This document shows, in pieces, positions 60,583-64,000 of a stretch of DNA of 64,000 nt. The stretch is from Macrostomum hystrix (Eukaryota; Animalia; Platyhelminthes). The position numbers were made by a program, and so were the translations under genes. The notes under the pieces were generated by a model that saw nothing but the letters and a program-made list of their open reading frames with translations, had not been told where the DNA came from and ran no database searches. Position 1 is the stretch's first letter; each line of letters begins with the position of its first letter. The stretch spans positions 7,068,001-7,132,000 of the forward strand of contig CATNEN010000001.1 in assembly GCA_950097015.1 (NCBI GenBank). Direction: 5' to 3'.

Positions 60583-61460
60583 GATGAGACACGGGAGAGA
60601 TGAGACACGGGAGGGATGAGACACGGGAGAGATGAGACACCGGAGAGATGAGACAAGGGAGAGATGAGACAAGGGAGAGATGAGACATGGGAGAGATGAG
60701 ACACGGAAGAGATGAGACACGGGAGAGAGATGAGACACGGGAGAGATGAGACATGGGAGAGATGAGACGCGGGAGAGAGATGAGAAGCGGGAGAGAGATG
60801 AGACACGGGATAGATAAGACACCGGAGAGATGAGACGCGGGAGAGAGATGAGACACGGGAGAGATGAGACACCGGAGAGATGAGACACCGGAGAGATGAG
60901 ACACGGAAGAGATGAGACACGGGAGAGATGAGACACGGGAGAGATGAGACACCGGAGAGATGAGACGCGGGAGAGAGATGAGACGCGGGAGAGAGATGAG
61001 ACACGGGAGAGATGAGACACCGGAGAGATGAGACACGGAAGAGATGAGACACGGGAGAGATGAGACACGGGTGAGATGAGACACCGGAGAGATGAGACGC
61101 GGGAGAGAGATGAGACACGGGAGAGATGAGACACGGGAGAGATGAGACGCGGGAGAGAGGAGACACCGGAGAGATGAGACACGCGAGAGATGAGACGCGA
61201 GAGAGAGATGAGACACGGGAGAGATAAAACACGAGAGAGATGAGACACGGGAGAGATGAGACACGAGAGAGATGAGACACGGGAGAGATAAAACACGAGA
61301 GAGATGAGACACGGGAGAGATGAGACACGAGAGAGATGAGACACGGGAGAGATGAGACACGGGAGAGAGATGAGACACGGGAGAGATAAAACACGAGAGA
61401 GATGAGGCCCGAGTAAATAAGACACGGGAGAGTTGACACATAGGGAGAGATGAGACACAG
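60583..61460. repeat. 16-bp satellite in inverted orientation (GAGATGAGACACGGGA)n
   Basis: About 53 copies; reverse complement of the 52955 array. Confidence 0.96.
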
Positions 61461-63675
61461 ATGATAAGACGAGGAAGAGGGATAGTGGGACATAATATTT
61501 AAAGTTTGTGTAGTAAATTGAATTTTAAATTTTATCCTATTAAAATTGTTCAATGTAAATATTTCATTGATACAGCTACGTAAAAACCAACTGATTAAAA
61601 AAGGTGAGAAAGGTAGAAATATTGAGAACACAAGCAACGGAAATTGGAAAGTAACACATCGAAAACTTTCCCATGAAACTTTAAAATCAATATCAGTCGC
61701 ATTTCTCCCGTCCATTGTCAAATGAGCTTTGAGCTCAGATATGAACTTAGTCAAATAGTTTTCCCATTTCTACAAGTATTAGCTGGGCGGGTTTCGTCTG
61801 CGGTGGCTTATACAAGGCTGTGGCACCGAGCTAAGAAGATAATAAATCATCCAGTTTATCTGTGGCAGCTCAATTTCTTCTCCTTTCTAGTTCTTGGGTC
61901 TCAGTCCCGCGCCTATCGTTCGTGCTCAGCGGGTTTTCCTTGGTCGCGTACTCAAACTTACCTACACGCCTGCTTCCCCCTATCCTTAGCCCGTTCGGTC
62001 AAACTATCTCTCGCCGACTTCACTGACTAGTTCCGATTCTTTAGGGTGGGTTTTTCCCTACTTCTCTCTGTCTCTCTTTTTCTCTACTTAATCCTTTTTT
62101 GGGAGTCCTACCGAGAGAGAGGATGGCTTAGAGACAGTGCAGAGCTTGGTGGTTGGTTGGCACTGTATTCGTTCCCAGACTGGCGATGGCCAGCTTTAGT
62201 GCAAAAAAACTCTTTCGAAGAAAAATTGAGAGGGAGAAAGAGAGAGAGAAGTAAGAACTGAGCAGTCACTAACATGAGAAGAACTCAGCGAAGAGATAAG
62301 AGCAGGGCAGAGAGACTTGGCTGTGTTGGCGGTCCGATTTGAGTCGAGCCACTGAGCACTGGTACGAAGCTCTCCGCCTCTGAGCACAACCCCCGCGTGC
62401 TGAAAATACTGCCTCCCCAGCTCCGCCAAATGCCCTCGGTTGCTCCCACCACCTCAATCCCATCTCCCTAAACCCCTCCGCATCTCTTCTCTCCCCGCAA
62501 ACCCTCCTGTGTGGCGGCTTTGCCTGCAATATGGGATCCGGTGTATTGGTTTGGGAGGCCTCACACCAAGGCCCCTAGTTTCAAGGAGGGAAGGAGAGAG
62601 AGAGAGAGAAAGAGAAGGACAGAGAGAAAGAGACGAAAGTGAAAAGACTCCACGAGTACTATTGAAGGTTAGTGCGACCTGCCACCCAGTTTCTCTTTCT
62701 ATCAGATTTTTCTCTCGTCCTTCCGAACGCATCAAAGTTGAATTTTCGGTAAAAAAAATAAAAAAAATGTGCACGAAACCTACTTTCGAAATTCTCAATA
62801 CTTGAACGCTCAAAATACGAGTCGTACTATCAACTTTTTAATTTTATCTTGCTGTGTTAAAATCATATTTAGACAATTTTGATTGATTTAAATTCTTGGG
62901 GGGAAATTCTCAAAACACACACGCAAGCTTAGCCTGCATGGTCATAAATTTAACCTTAGACGGGGTCGCATGCCACTCGTAGTTAGGCAGCATTATCCTG
63001 TGCACCCTGTAGGATTGAACGAATTTTTTTTCATTCTCCTATTCTTACTCTTATAAAAGCCCCATTTAATCCCTCATTGCATCCTCTTATTGAATAGAAC
63101 TTTACTTTCGCTTCTAGCCACATTTCCTGGAAACGTGTCCCTATATATAGAATTTACGCACGCATAAAACAGGGGCTTATTTTCTACACATTTCTTACCC
63201 ACACCCTTAGCAAAACGGACTGACTATCGGGATGAATAAGGCCGAATAGTACGTCCGAGCACGCTGCATTTTCAGAGTCTCTCAAAAACTCGCTATCTGC
63301 ATGCTTCCTATCCTAACTGTGCCATAATATGTATATCTATACATACTGGCTTATAGTATTATATGCCGGCGCTTCACTTTTTTGGGGTTTGCTGGTCATT
63401 TCCTTCGACGGCTCTCTCTTCCCCCTCTTCTCCCTCTCTCTCTCCCCGTCACTTCCCTATCAGTTTTCGCAGTCTCTCTCCTCCGCTCACTCCGACCTTA
63501 GCCCCCATCCCCACCCGGGAGATCCAGTTTTTCGTGTGCGCGGATCCGAAATTTCCAACCCGAATCCCTCGATCAGCTACCACCTCAGTCTCTCCGACTC
63601 TGAAGTCACTTTGAACCGCGACCGTGTGTGCGTCTGTCTGCGAGAGAGAGTGTGTGTGTGTGCGTTGCTACCGCA

Positions 63676-63713
<38 letters not shown>

Positions 63714-64000
63714 GGTGAAGGTGAAACAGAGTGCGCCCCTGGGATCGCTCTACGCGGTCATAATATCGGATTTGAAAGGGCTGTTCGACGCTGCGACTAT
63801 GAAATGGAATCGGGGGAGAGGGGAAAAGTTGGAGAGAGACAGATGTAGGAAGCTTCCAGTGGAGAGTGTTTCATACAGGTAAAACCTAGCCTAAGTTATA
63901 CATTTGTGCAACAGACACATGGACACACACAGAATGTGCATCATCCGAAACTACCTTTGCTTGGATTCAGTGAAATGGGAGGGATTGAAATAAGCATGTA

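Noticed and set aside
60503-61754. 300-400-aa SHLSRVSSLPCLISP ORFs (also at 15-356 and 52740-53246)
   Set aside because: Translations of the 16-bp satellite, open in several frames.

Overview
This is intron-containing animal (invertebrate) genomic DNA, not prokaryotic. GC-rich coding exons sit among AT-rich spacers and minisatellite-filled introns; the style suggests a free-living flatworm such as Macrostomum, but that is unverified inference. Spliced genes were reconstructed by hand with GT-AG boundaries and consistent phases. They are: an extracellular Sulf1/2-type heparan sulfate endosulfatase (-); a probably dead secreted PAN-like + ALK/LTK-type glycine-rich-domain gene whose signal-peptide exon is split by a Tc1 derivative (+); three tandem diverged zinc-finger/coiled-coil/NHL-propeller paralogs (-); BTBD10/KCTD20 (-); a Notum/pectin-acetylesterase homologue with a degenerate catalytic site (-); and the first three exons of unc80 (+). 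Mobile DNA includes two internally deleted DD34E Tc1 elements, about 9 copies of one tRNA-derived SINE, at least two other SINE types and a multi-hairpin non-autonomous element. The most unusual signals are a 48-bp array repeating a 5' splice site about 26 times (many units also read as AG/6-nt exon/GT), other intronic satellites with splice-like motifs, the pseudo-Notum, the NHL cluster, and inverted satellites bracketing a frame-neutral unc80 exon pair. Most ORF-track entries in repeats are artefacts.
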